IMG/VR virus record: IMGVR_UViG_2706795158_000001 | Location: 39,335-103,334 of that record | Length of the DNA: 64,000 nucleotides | Reading direction: 5' to 3' (one strand) | DNA from: a virus | Shown: piece after piece, positions 39,724 through 49,315 of the stretch | How positions within the stretch are numbered: the stretch's first letter is position 1 | Layout of the letters: the number at the start of each line of letters is the position of its first letter | Position numbers and translations under genes: made by a program | The notes under the pieces: model-generated | Databases searched by the model: none | Told to the model about the DNA's origin: nothing | Seen by the model: the letters and a program-made list of their open reading frames with translations, nothing else

Positions 39724-40002
39724 ATGGCTGAATTAACAAATAATACTAATAATACTACTACTAGTATTGGAGGAAGCTTAGTTGGGGATGAATGGTATCC
39801 TTACTATGAGCCAGGTTGGACTGCTAAAGACCAATTATGGTGTTGTAACTTAGTAAACCGCTATAAGGTGCCTATCACAGTTATAACTCCATTATATCGT
39901 TACCTTATCGAACAAGGTAAGTGTAACACTTTTGAAGTTGAGTACCAACGCTATAAAGAGTTCCTAGCAGAGCATGGTATTGACCCAATGAATCCTAGAT
40001 AA
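39724..40002 (+). CDS. Hypothetical protein
   Basis: SD GGGGTG; followed by a terminator. Confidence 0.7.
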   Translation: MAELTNNTNNTTTSIGGSLVGDEWYPYYEPGWTAKDQLWCCNLVNRYKVPITVITPLYRYLIEQGKCNTFEVEYQRYKEFLAEHGIDPMNPR

Positions 40003-40018
40003 CTCTTACAAAACAGAC

Positions 40019-40052
40019 GGACACCTCTACATAGGGGTGTCCTTTGTTTTTT
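40019..40052 (+). terminator. Rho-independent terminator
   Basis: ggacacctcta-ca-taggggtgtcc followed by tttgtttttt. Confidence 0.75.
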
Positions 40053-40091
40053 ACAATTTTATTAGTGTACACTTTCTATGGAGGGGTAAAT

Positions 40092-40580
40092 ATGTATCTT
40101 GACTATCAAGTTAGGAGAAAGGAGGGCACAATGGGACACTATGTAATGAAAGCATTCGAGGGTTTCGAATGGAAAATCCTAGCGAGCGTTTTTGGAACGG
40201 TTGTTGCATATATAGAGGGATTCTATACAGAGTTAATCTGGTCATTCTTAGCACTTTTTACACTAGACCTTATTACTGGCATAATGAAATCTAAACGGAA
40301 TGGTATCCCTATTAGTAGTAAAAGGCTAAGAGACTCGGTTAGTAAGCTAGGAGCTTACATTATTCTCATTACAGCCCTAATCATAGCTAGTAAGATGGAA
40401 ACACAGTTCGTTCCAGTAGTGACACTAGCTTATTACTATTTTATTTTTACAGAGTTTAAGTCTATTATTGAAAATGTAGAGGAAATGGGTCTTAAAGTAC
40501 CTGGCTTTTTAAAGTCTAAGGTAGATGAACAGATACCACAAGACTCTACAGAGGAAGAAAAAGAAAGGGGAGATAAATAA
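40092..40580 (+). CDS. Holin (phage_holin_4-like) with two possible starts (40092, 40131)
   Basis: Three hydrophobic segments; LDLITG...ISSKRL..SV.K...Y and E.KSIIEN..MGL.VP motifs; abuts the endolysin. Confidence 0.85.
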   Translation: MYLDYQVRRKEGTMGHYVMKAFEGFEWKILASVFGTVVAYIEGFYTELIWSFLALFTLDLITGIMKSKRNGIPISSKRLRDSVSKLGAYIILITALIIASKMETQFVPVVTLAYYYFIFTEFKSIIENVEEMGLKVPGFLKSKVDEQIPQDSTEEEKERGDK

Positions 40581-41608
40581 TGGTAGCATGGAGAGACGAC
40601 TTTATTCGTATCAATCAGTATTCTAGACCAGGTTCTAGTCTTACAGCTGTACGTAAGATTATCTTACATTACACTGCTAACCCAGGTGCTAGTGCTGCTA
40701 ACCATCAACGTTATTTCAATAACCTAACTGACCGTTACGCATCTGCACATTTATTCGTGGATAAGATTGAGGCAATCTGTATTATCCCATTAAACGAGGT
40801 AACTTACCAAGCTAATGATGGATCATACAGAGGAGTAGAAGCATTAAAGCCTAATGCTAACTTCTTATCAGTTGGTGTGGAAATGTGCCAAGAGCCTGAT
40901 GGTAGCTTCCACCCTGATACAGTTACACGTTCCGTAAATGTTTGTGCAGACTTATGCCGTAAGTTCGGTTTATCTGCTTCTGACATTGTGCGACACTACG
41001 ATGTAACGCATAAGTACTGTCCTGGTCCATATGTAGATAATGCAGCATTATTTACTGCTTTCAAGAATCGTGTATCTGATGTATTAGGTGGCGGTTCTGG
41101 TGGAAACACTGGTGGGGGTACAACTGCACCTCCTACTGGCGGTGGAAGTAATGGTATCGGTACAGCTTACATTACAGGCACTAACGTAAACTTACGTAGT
41201 GGTCCAGGTACTGGCTATTCTATACTACGTCAGCTAAATGCTGGTGAAAGCTATATAGTTTGGGCAGAGGTTAATGGATGGCTAAACTTAGGTGGCGACC
41301 AATGGGTTAAGAACGATTCTTCATTCTTACGTTTCGAGCGTACTAGTGGAGGTTCTACAGGTGGTTCTACTGGGGGTTCTGGTTCTACTAACGCTGGTAA
41401 ACGAGTAGTATCAAAAGTAGATGGCTTAAACTTCTACAGCCGACCTACATGGGATAAAACTTATGTTGTTGGTCAATGTAATGCAGGTGAGGGCTTCACT
41501 ATTGTTACTAAGGTGCCAGTAGATGACGCTTACCAGTACAAGGTGCAGAACTCCAAAGGTGCGACTTACTATATCACTGCTAGCTCCACTTATGTGGAAG
41601 TTAGATAG
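40580..41608 (+). CDS. Endolysin: N-acetylmuramoyl-L-alanine amidase (Amidase_2) with SH3b-type binding domain(s)
   Basis: IILHYTAN, SAHLFVD, GVEMC, RHYDVTHKYCP; NVNLRSGPGTGY SH3b motif. Confidence 0.92.
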   Translation: MVAWRDDFIRINQYSRPGSSLTAVRKIILHYTANPGASAANHQRYFNNLTDRYASAHLFVDKIEAICIIPLNEVTYQANDGSYRGVEALKPNANFLSVGVEMCQEPDGSFHPDTVTRSVNVCADLCRKFGLSASDIVRHYDVTHKYCPGPYVDNAALFTAFKNRVSDVLGGGSGGNTGGGTTAPPTGGGSNGIGTAYITGTNVNLRSGPGTGYSILRQLNAGESYIVWAEVNGWLNLGGDQWVKNDSSFLRFERTSGGSTGGSTGGSGSTNAGKRVVSKVDGLNFYSRPTWDKTYVVGQCNAGEGFTIVTKVPVDDAYQYKVQNSKGATYYITASSTYVEVR

Positions 41609-41619
41609 GAGGGCTTTAA

Positions 41620-41976
41620 ATGAATTTGTTAGACTTAGTAACTCAAATTGGTGCTGAGGTAGTCACTATACTAGTGGGTGCCTTACTAGCACTAGTACTA
41701 GATCAAGGTAGACGTCTATTGAAACGTGCTAAGCAGAAGGATGAGCTTGGTATCATCGACTCTATCACAAACCAAGTGGTTGAATATGCAGAAGCAGAGC
41801 TAAAAGGTAAGAAGGGTATTGAGAAACGTGACTGGGCGGTTGACCAAGCCTTGCATATCTTAGCAACTAAAGGCATACACTTGAGCCAAGAAGAAGTTAT
41901 TGCAGGAATTGAGAATGGTGTACGGAAATTGAAAGCCAAGGATGACCTTTCAATAGACGGTTTAAGCCAGCGATAA
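41620..41976 (+). CDS. Second holin-like protein (LL-H-like)
   Basis: One N-terminal transmembrane segment; V.YAE...KG.EKR..A...L..KGI.L....IE..V pattern. Confidence 0.65.
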   Translation: MNLLDLVTQIGAEVVTILVGALLALVLDQGRRLLKRAKQKDELGIIDSITNQVVEYAEAELKGKKGIEKRDWAVDQALHILATKGIHLSQEEVIAGIENGVRKLKAKDDLSIDGLSQR

Positions 41977-41983
41977 TCTAGCA

Positions 41984-42017
41984 AAAAACCCTTGAATTAG
42001 ACGATTCAAGGGTTTTT
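41984..42017. terminator. Bidirectional terminator ending the late region
   Basis: 14-bp arms aaaaacccttgaat / attcaagggttttt around a 6-nt loop. Confidence 0.85.
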
Positions 42018-42195
42018 CTATGTCCGAAATTTGGAGGAAATTCACCTAGAACATTACTAGCAACCTATTCTTCCCAATGTCACCGCTATGTCTCTATATG
42101 AAAAACCTCTGAAGAAAAAAGAAATGAGGAAAGAAGGTGAAAAGTCTATTCGGGGTGGTTATTTTAAATAGGAAATAATTTTGGAGGTGTTACAT

Positions 42196-43662
42196 ATGGC
42201 GATTATCGAAATAGGTAATTTACAATCGGTTGTCATTGATGCAAGTACAAAAGCTCTAAAGTTGGTGGATAGTACACTCTCGGTAGAAACACCAGGCTAC
42301 CAGTTCACTCCATTGTATAGAAATGGGACATGGGATGGACAGACAAGGTTCTTCAGCATGAAGACTAAGAAATTTCCTAGCGGTTTATTATCCAAAGTTG
42401 TGTGGGCGTTGGAAAAAGCAGGTGAAACGGTAGACGTAGTTGACAAACGAAAACAGATAGACGTTTCCTTACCAAGTGAAATCCAGCTAAGAGATGAGAA
42501 GATTGGTCACATTACTTTACGTGATTATCAGTATGATGCTGTACAATCTGCACTTAAAGCTACTAGAGGGATAGTGAACATTGCAACTAATGGGGGTAAG
42601 ACAGAGGTAGCAGCAGGCATCATCAAGTGTATCCTACCTAGTCTAAAGTCAGATCAACGCATACTATTCTTCACTCACGCTAAAGAGATATTCTCACAAT
42701 CTCATAAAAGGTTAGAAGAGAGACTAGGAATCAAGGTTGGTAGAATTGGTACTGGTGTATGGGATGTTCAGCAGGTCAATGTTGTAATGATACCCACTGT
42801 ATCAAAGTATCTGAATCCTAAAAAGATTCCTAAGAATATGAACAAGGAGAAGTATCTAGATACATGTAAAGCAACTGCCGAACTACTTAAATCTTGTCAC
42901 TGTTTCCTAGGGGATGAGGCACATCACTCATCATCTGATACATGGTATAAACTGTTCATGAAATTGGACAACGCATACTTCAGATTTGGCTTAACTGGTA
43001 CTGTGGATGAGTCTAACCAGATTAATGTTAAGAGACTGCTTGGATGTACTGGGAGGATTGTTATCAAGATATCTAATGATTTCTTAATCCAACAAGGGTT
43101 CTCTGCTAAACCAACTATTTACATGTTGCCAGTAGATACTGATGTGATTGAGAATGAAACGTACTCTGATTCTCGTAAGATGGGTATCATCTCTAATGTA
43201 GACAGAAACACGGTGTTAGCTGATAAGGTCAGTGAGAGGGTGGATTTCGGGAAACAGTGTTTAATTATAGTGAACGAAACCGAACATGGAGACATTGTAT
43301 CTGAACTACTGGAGGAATATGAAATAGACCATAGATTTGTACATGGAGACAGAACTACTAAGTTTAGAGAGGAAGCCTTACAGGACTTCACTGAAGGTAG
43401 ATTCCCAGTTATGGTAGCTACATCTATACTGGATGAGGGGGTTGATATTTCTGGTATCAACTGTTTATTCTTAGCTGCTGGTGGGAAGTCCATGAGACAA
43501 CTGTTACAAAGAATAGGTAGGGGTCTAAGAAAGAAAGCTGATGGTTCAGGTATTGAGGTTTATGACTTCTTGGATTACCACAATGAATACTTAGCTGAAC
43601 ACACTTTAGACCGCTATGAGACATACAAAAATGAAGCGTTCCATATAGTGAAACTGGGCTGA
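42196..43662 (+). CDS. Superfamily 2 DNA helicase
   Basis: ATNGGKT (Walker A), DEAHH, GLTGT, ILDEGVDI, QRIGRGLR. Confidence 0.92.
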   Translation: MAIIEIGNLQSVVIDASTKALKLVDSTLSVETPGYQFTPLYRNGTWDGQTRFFSMKTKKFPSGLLSKVVWALEKAGETVDVVDKRKQIDVSLPSEIQLRDEKIGHITLRDYQYDAVQSALKATRGIVNIATNGGKTEVAAGIIKCILPSLKSDQRILFFTHAKEIFSQSHKRLEERLGIKVGRIGTGVWDVQQVNVVMIPTVSKYLNPKKIPKNMNKEKYLDTCKATAELLKSCHCFLGDEAHHSSSDTWYKLFMKLDNAYFRFGLTGTVDESNQINVKRLLGCTGRIVIKISNDFLIQQGFSAKPTIYMLPVDTDVIENETYSDSRKMGIISNVDRNTVLADKVSERVDFGKQCLIIVNETEHGDIVSELLEEYEIDHRFVHGDRTTKFREEALQDFTEGRFPVMVATSILDEGVDISGINCLFLAAGGKSMRQLLQRIGRGLRKKADGSGIEVYDFLDYHNEYLAEHTLDRYETYKNEAFHIVKLG

Positions 43663-43719
43663 GAAGTCCAGTTTTCTGTATGAAAAGGACACTGCTAGTA
43701 GGGGTCTTCCATGGATGTG

Positions 43720-43840
43720 AGTTTAATTTTTAGTTACTAACGTAACTAAAAATTATAAAGAGTATTTATTTATAAAGGTTAATATAAAAGAGAAAACTTT
43801 TAAAGGTTACCTTTAAATAATTAAAAAATTTAAAGAAAAA
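43720..43840. other. Candidate replication origin (AT-rich, palindromes, short repeats)
   Basis: 14-bp inverted repeat 43724-43755; 9-bp-arm palindrome 43799-43817; repeated T(A/T)TAAAG; lies between helicase genes. Confidence 0.5.
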
Positions 43841-43909
43841 GGGAGGCAAAAGCCCTACACTCCGTAGTTCAAGCGGGCGTTCAATGGACAGCTTTTATAT
43901 GAGAGGACA

Positions 43910-44698
43910 GTGTTTAGTATGGCAAAGAGGAAACCAAAGGTTATCACGAGGGTACCTATCATACGGAAAGCTATAATATTACCGAAAGAGGTGAAGGCAT
44001 ATTTAAGACTATTACAAATGCAGGAAGAGACTAGAGAAGATGATATTCTAGAGATTGTAAGGCATTATGAGATGTTGGCACGAAAGGTAATAGGAAAGGC
44101 TGGTTACTCAGTTGTATCCCATAAAGAGCCTACAAAGAGCAAGAGATGGATACACTTTGAAAGAGTATACGAAATATGTAGAATGCAACAGTGGGATGGA
44201 AAGTTATATATTGAATCCCAGTTTCAGAGACTAGGTGGAATACCAATGGCTCATATGATGTATTCCGTTCGTGCCTTGAGATACTTCACGAACTATCTGG
44301 CAGATATCAAACGTAAGTCAGAGAAGGACGTGGGTGGCAAGAAAAAAGAAAAAGGAAGACAGACTCTCAGCAGTAGGGAAGAAGTGATTGAGGGTGTAAT
44401 CTCCTCTGCGGAGACTCTAAACACCTACATCAAGCAGTCTATTATGGATGACAAAGCCCAGTACAAGGCTATCAAAATCTATCAGGCTTGGAGGGAGTTG
44501 TCCCCATACTATCTATGGTCAGTGCCTTGGTTCCATGATGTTGTATCCACAATGACAGGAGATTCCAATAGGGAGAAGCTGGTTATGAAGGAGTTTAACA
44601 TGATTCACGAGTCCAAGACGTTACAGGAACTCATAGAAAAGACTGTGAAAGAAGTAGAGTCTCACTTTAGTATTCCTCCTAACATCAAACTGGGATAG
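43910..44698 (+). CDS. Hypothetical replication-associated protein (possible initiator or helicase loader)
   Basis: Position between the AT-rich region and the DnaB-like helicase; no motif recognised. Confidence 0.45.
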   Translation: MFSMAKRKPKVITRVPIIRKAIILPKEVKAYLRLLQMQEETREDDILEIVRHYEMLARKVIGKAGYSVVSHKEPTKSKRWIHFERVYEICRMQQWDGKLYIESQFQRLGGIPMAHMMYSVRALRYFTNYLADIKRKSEKDVGGKKKEKGRQTLSSREEVIEGVISSAETLNTYIKQSIMDDKAQYKAIKIYQAWRELSPYYLWSVPWFHDVVSTMTGDSNREKLVMKEFNMIHESKTLQELIEKTVKEVESHFSIPPNIKLG

Positions 44699-44700
44699 GC

Positions 44701-44732
44701 AAGAGAGGACTTTTGGGGTCTTCTCTTTTATT
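44701..44732 (+). terminator. Putative terminator
   Basis: aagagaggac...gtcttctctt followed by tta. Confidence 0.45.
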
Positions 44733-44747
44733 AAGTCGGAGGACAGT

Positions 44748-46100
44748 TTGAAGGGGGTAGCATATTGCATGCCTGAAACATATGAATTTTCAGAATCGTT
44801 CCAGTCTAAGATACTGGCACTAATGGCACGTGACAAAGTTTTCTACATCACATTTAGAGAAGTACTAAAACCTAAGTTTCTTAGGAAAGACATTCATATT
44901 GACATGGCTCGTATCATTCAAGAACACTATGAGAAAGAGTCAGACCGTGCTACTAAGAAAGGCACTGACGTTAACCCTCCAACTACAGAGGTACTTTGGG
45001 AAGAGGTAAGGAAACTTACCAAGAATAACAAACTCAAAGCTAAGATAAAAGACCAGTATGAAGATTGCATACTGGATATATTTGATGCCGACCTGTCAGA
45101 CGCAGAGTATATAAAGGATAATGTTATTGCCTTTGGTAGGCGTTCTGCAATTGAACAGGCTATCTGGGACTCTGTAGGGTTGCTGGAAAAGGGTACAACA
45201 GAGGACTTCAATAAGATAGAAGACCTTGTGGGTAAAGCCCTTAGAATAGGTGAAGACATTGGTGACTTGGGTACGGATTACTATCAAAATGCTCAAGAAC
45301 GTATCGAGAACTACCGTGAGGGTACAGATGGTGTTCGTAGGATTCCAACAGGGATATCTGGTGTGGATAATATTCTACATGGAGGTCTTGGTGGGGGAGA
45401 ACTAGGAGTTGTTATCGCACCTCCTAACCGTGGTAAATCTATTGCATTGATTAACATTGGTGCAGGAGCAGTACTAGAAGGTTACAACGTAGTACACTTC
45501 ACACTAGAGATGCCAGAGAAACAGGTTACTAAGCGTTATGACCAACGCTTAATGGGTAAATCATTCGAGTATATGAAAGATAACCCAGACAAGATACTTA
45601 AAGCGATTATGAATATGCAGAAGACTAAGAGAGGTCAACTGTTTGTTAAGAAGTACAAGACCAATGACTGTACCGTACACACAATGCGTTCATACCTTAC
45701 TAGGTTATGGATGGAGAAAGGCATTAAGCCTGACGTTATTATTGTCGATTACGGTGACCTTGTACAACCACGTAGAACATACGCGGACAAGCGTTTCGAA
45801 TTAGAGTCTGTGTACTTAGACTTACGTGACTTAGCAGCTGAGTATGATTGTCCAGTGTGGACTGCATCACAGGCTAACCGTGGAGCACTAGACAAGAAAG
45901 TTATCACAATTGGTGACTTAGCAGAGGCATTCAATAAAGCCAACATTGCAGACTTTATGATGGCTCTATGTCAGACTACGGAAGAAAAAGAAGATGGCGA
46001 AATGCGTATCTATATCTCTAAACACAGGGATGGTGAAGCCAATATATCCATCAATAATGAGATAGACTACGCTACGATGACCTTGAGTTCATACGAATAG
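44748..46100 (+). CDS. DnaB-like replicative helicase
   Basis: APPNRGKS Walker A, FTLEM, IIVDYGDL, WTASQANR, KHRDG. Confidence 0.9.
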   Translation: MKGVAYCMPETYEFSESFQSKILALMARDKVFYITFREVLKPKFLRKDIHIDMARIIQEHYEKESDRATKKGTDVNPPTTEVLWEEVRKLTKNNKLKAKIKDQYEDCILDIFDADLSDAEYIKDNVIAFGRRSAIEQAIWDSVGLLEKGTTEDFNKIEDLVGKALRIGEDIGDLGTDYYQNAQERIENYREGTDGVRRIPTGISGVDNILHGGLGGGELGVVIAPPNRGKSIALINIGAGAVLEGYNVVHFTLEMPEKQVTKRYDQRLMGKSFEYMKDNPDKILKAIMNMQKTKRGQLFVKKYKTNDCTVHTMRSYLTRLWMEKGIKPDVIIVDYGDLVQPRRTYADKRFELESVYLDLRDLAAEYDCPVWTASQANRGALDKKVITIGDLAEAFNKANIADFMMALCQTTEEKEDGEMRIYISKHRDGEANISINNEIDYATMTLSSYE

Positions 46101-46110
46101 GGGGATTTAT

Positions 46111-46401
46111 ATGGGAACAGTGACGGAGAAGGTACCACCATTAAAGCTGCTAGGTAAAGAGGGAGCAGACTTAAACTACTGGAGTTTTCTAGGAAATATA
46201 CATCACAACCCTATGGTTGTGGAGACTCCATGCTCTAAGTGTTACTCTAAGAGCATAAATGTTAATTCTATTCTAGCAGGTGAGGTAACAAATCCTATCT
46301 TTAATAGAGTTAGAATGAATGCTATTAAAACTACTGAAGGTATATACTACGTAGGTGGTTGCGGTGAGTGTGGTACTGTTTACTGGGGGAAAGGGGAATA
46401 G
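46111..46401 (+). CDS. Hypothetical protein with two CxxC motifs
   Basis: CSKC and CGEC; SD GGGGA. Confidence 0.7.
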   Translation: MGTVTEKVPPLKLLGKEGADLNYWSFLGNIHHNPMVVETPCSKCYSKSINVNSILAGEVTNPIFNRVRMNAIKTTEGIYYVGGCGECGTVYWGKGE

Positions 46402-46404
46402 TCA

Positions 46405-46620
46405 ATGCTAGAACATGGAACTACTCTAAAGGAACACTTTGCAGCTATAGTGGGTATGATAAGAGAGGGAACAGTTGATAGTTATGATATAACTATGAGA
46501 ACTGAATCAGCTCACTTTGAGGACTACCTAAAGAAGGAACGTATCAGATACAGTAAATCTGTTAGTTATGGTACGGGGATTGGCTCTTTACCTATTAACA
46601 CATTTAGACTGGAGGAATAA
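46405..46620 (+). CDS. Hypothetical protein
   Basis: Tightly packed ORF with SD. Confidence 0.65.
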   Translation: MLEHGTTLKEHFAAIVGMIREGTVDSYDITMRTESAHFEDYLKKERIRYSKSVSYGTGIGSLPINTFRLEE

Positions 46621-46623
46621 ATA

Positions 46624-47175
46624 ATGAATTGTCCAAGTTGTAAAAAGCGTGGACACAACGTAGAGGTTATCAACAGTGGTAACCTCTATCGTTGTTTAAG
46701 ATGCTTAAAAGATACCACGGAGAAGGAATTCAAAGAATCCCTTTCTTTAAAGGGAAGGGGCAAGGTTCTCTTGTGTACCATCCATGGAAGGACTGTTATG
46801 CCTGATGCTGATGTACAACTACTAGCGGTAGGGAAACCTAAGGGCAGAACTTATTTCCAGTGGTGGGAACATAAGCCAGGACTAGCACCCACTAGAGAGC
46901 TTGTCACGTTCACCAAGGAGCATAATAGAAAAGGTAGACTGGATGGGTGGTTTGAACGCTACACTGAAAGCTTACTAGCTGAATGGGAAGAGCGTGGAGA
47001 CTTCTTTAGTCAGTTTAGCGAGGTTATTGAACATCTGAGCAACGGTAAGACAGTGGCGATAGCTTGTTACTGTGACCATCGTAAGCGACCTGTGTGTCAT
47101 CTGAGCATTTTGAGAGGTTTAATAGAGGACTTTGGTTTTACGGTAGAAGAGGCAGAACCAATACAATATAAATAG
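46624..47175 (+). CDS. Zinc-ribbon plus DUF488/YeaO-like protein
   Basis: CPSC...CLRC; GLAPTRELV...WFERY...VAIACYC...CHLSIL. Confidence 0.65.
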   Translation: MNCPSCKKRGHNVEVINSGNLYRCLRCLKDTTEKEFKESLSLKGRGKVLLCTIHGRTVMPDADVQLLAVGKPKGRTYFQWWEHKPGLAPTRELVTFTKEHNRKGRLDGWFERYTESLLAEWEERGDFFSQFSEVIEHLSNGKTVAIACYCDHRKRPVCHLSILRGLIEDFGFTVEEAEPIQYK

Positions 47176-47186
47176 GAGGGGTTAAG

Positions 47187-47546
47187 ATGAGTATGGTGCG
47201 TATTGAGTTAAACGAGATACGTAAGGGAACTATTAAAAGCTTTGTTGAAGCGTGGTCAGATGTAGAAGACAGAAGTGCTACAGACTGGGGTATAAAGGCT
47301 GGCTTAGGATGGGTAGTACACAAGCTACAGATGGAAGAGTTTATCTACCAGCCAGGTGAGATTGTAGTAGACGTTCCTCTGTCCATTATTGAAGAATGTA
47401 GGAAAGAATGGAGAGAAAACTCCATAAACGCCTACTGGAATTTAGGGTATGCAAGAGCCATATTTTCGGTGTTTTCTACTTTAGGCTTACAAATGAGACA
47501 TGAAGAAGAACCCATTAGTTGTATAATTGACTACTACAATAAATAG
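47187..47546 (+). CDS. Hypothetical protein
   Basis: SD GGAGGGG. Confidence 0.75.
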   Translation: MSMVRIELNEIRKGTIKSFVEAWSDVEDRSATDWGIKAGLGWVVHKLQMEEFIYQPGEIVVDVPLSIIEECRKEWRENSINAYWNLGYARAIFSVFSTLGLQMRHEEEPISCIIDYYNK

Positions 47547-47557
47547 GAGATGATACC

Positions 47558-48616
47558 ATGAAGTACGCAATATCAGCAGACGTGCATGGACACATATACC
47601 CAGAGCACAATAAACCATCTGACCTTACAGGGTCTACACGATTAGATAGAATTATTCTATCTTTACGATACAAGAAAGAGTACTGTTTAGCTAACGGTAT
47701 TAAGCACATGATGTTTGCAGGAGACTTATACCACCAGAGAGCAAGAGTACATACAGTGGTTTACAATAGTCTACGTGATGAAATTAAGGCTATAGGTGAA
47801 GCAGGTATTGAAGTGCTGATGATTCCTGGTAACCATGACCAAATAGATAACAGTGACTTCCCACAACACTCACTACACTCGTTTAGAGAGCTAGACAACA
47901 TAACAGTTGTTGATGACTACCGCATAGTGAAGTTTGGGGACGCTGATGTAGTGTGTGTACCTTATAGCAAGAATGCACAGATGATTAAGACCTTCCTTGA
48001 GTCTATACCTACTGACTTAGAGAATCCTATCCTATTAGGGCACATGGGAATCAGTGGTGGATTTGTAGGTAATGGTAACTTCCCTATGGCTGATGCCTTT
48101 ACTGTAGAAGACTTGAGACCTGACCTGTTCAAATACGTATTCTTGGGTCACTTCCACATGTACCAGTTACTAGGAGGTCACCCTCATGTAATGTATGTTG
48201 GCTCTCCACTAGAGCATAGTCATGGAGATGAAGGAGAGGATAAAGGCTTTGTAGTAGCAGATACTAGCAAACGCTTTGACACTAAGTTGATACCTATCCC
48301 TAATCCTAAATTCCTAACCTTAGACAGAGACGCTATCATGGATGGAGCGGTATTGGAAGAACATGCTAGACTAGGTAACTATCTACGCTTTGAGCTAAAT
48401 GCTGAGGATGCAGCATGGCTATCATCAGTAGCTCCTGTGAACTTGTTGTATAAGGTCATCCTAAAGAAAGAATACAAGGAAGAGCTAAGAGTCCCTGTTA
48501 AAATAGGAATGAGCTTTGAGGATATTATAACTAAGTACGCTGAAGAATATGACCCAGATGCTTTGGAGCTAGGGTTAGAAATACTTCAAAGGGTACAGCA
48601 AGCGAAAGGGGTGTAA
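47558..48616 (+). CDS. sbcD: SbcD/Mre11-like metallophosphoesterase nuclease
   Basis: ADVH, AGDLYH, PGNHD, LGHFH, YVGSP motifs. Confidence 0.88.
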   Translation: MKYAISADVHGHIYPEHNKPSDLTGSTRLDRIILSLRYKKEYCLANGIKHMMFAGDLYHQRARVHTVVYNSLRDEIKAIGEAGIEVLMIPGNHDQIDNSDFPQHSLHSFRELDNITVVDDYRIVKFGDADVVCVPYSKNAQMIKTFLESIPTDLENPILLGHMGISGGFVGNGNFPMADAFTVEDLRPDLFKYVFLGHFHMYQLLGGHPHVMYVGSPLEHSHGDEGEDKGFVVADTSKRFDTKLIPIPNPKFLTLDRDAIMDGAVLEEHARLGNYLRFELNAEDAAWLSSVAPVNLLYKVILKKEYKEELRVPVKIGMSFEDIITKYAEEYDPDALELGLEILQRVQQAKGV

Positions 48617-48619
48617 CTG

Positions 48620-49000
48620 ATGTGTACTACATGTGTACGTCAACCTGTCAAAGTCAAACGTAAAGCTATAACATATTTCACAGACCACGGTATAGGGAAC
48701 GGTAAGTGGTTTGCATTCCCTAAACCAGAGGATGAGAGACCTCCTAGACTTACTAGGAAATTACAAAATAATGAGAAACTTATATGGTGTCCCTGGTGTG
48801 CGGAGTACACCATCTACAAGAAAAAGCGTTCAGATACTAACTTCAACTGTACTGGTTGGTGTGGTTGGGGCAACACTGGAGAGTTCTATGTAAACAAGTA
48901 TAACGATTTATGGTTTGATGATGTACCTACAGCAGACCTTAAGAAAGTGGTTATGCCAGCTCCAGCTAAACCTAGAGGTGGTAAGAAACGGAGGGGTTAA
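48620..49000 (+). CDS. Cys-rich putative zinc-binding protein
   Basis: CTTC, CPWC, CTGWC. Confidence 0.7.
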   Translation: MCTTCVRQPVKVKRKAITYFTDHGIGNGKWFAFPKPEDERPPRLTRKLQNNEKLIWCPWCAEYTIYKKKRSDTNFNCTGWCGWGNTGEFYVNKYNDLWFDDVPTADLKKVVMPAPAKPRGGKKRRG

Positions 49001-49001
49001 G

Positions 49002-49244
49002 GTGAAGATAGTTAAACAGGAGAAAGGTAAAGTCATCGTGGAACTAAACCCTATAGAAGCAGAAATGCTTCAAAAGAGTATGGTAAGACATGCCAAGATG
49101 TTAGATAAGAAGTGGGAAGCCCTAGAGACAAAGATACCTGAGGAGTTTCTGTACCACGCTGCTAGAAAAGACAATGCAGATGGCTTGAAGCGTAAATTCG
49201 GTATAGTAGTCAATAGATTTAGAGAATGGGGAGTCCTAAAGTAG
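49002..49244 (+). CDS. Hypothetical protein
   Basis: GTG start after GGAGGGG, in the frame of ORF 48915-49244. Confidence 0.65.
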   Translation: MKIVKQEKGKVIVELNPIEAEMLQKSMVRHAKMLDKKWEALETKIPEEFLYHAARKDNADGLKRKFGIVVNRFREWGVLK

Positions 49245-49280
49245 CGGTTGAGAAAATTCTCAATCGCTTTCTTTTTTATT
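49243..49280 (+). terminator. Rho-independent terminator
   Basis: agcggttgagaa / ttctcaatcgct followed by ttctttttt. Confidence 0.8.
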
Positions 49281-49315
49281 TGTGAAGGGCGAACGACATA
49301 CGGGAAGGTGATAGA

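Noticed and set aside
4180-40070. ATTTTATT as a universal late promoter before structural genes
   Set aside because: Most copies coincide with terminator T-tracts in AT-rich gaps and cannot be told from background by eye
42018-42195. ncRNA or tRNA in the gap between late and replication regions
   Set aside because: No cloverleaf, T-loop motif or strong structure beyond the terminator; probably a promoter region
38000-42200. Diversity-generating retroelement acting on the fibre tip
   Set aside because: No reverse transcriptase in the window and no adenine-variant template repeat noticed; elements outside the window are not excluded
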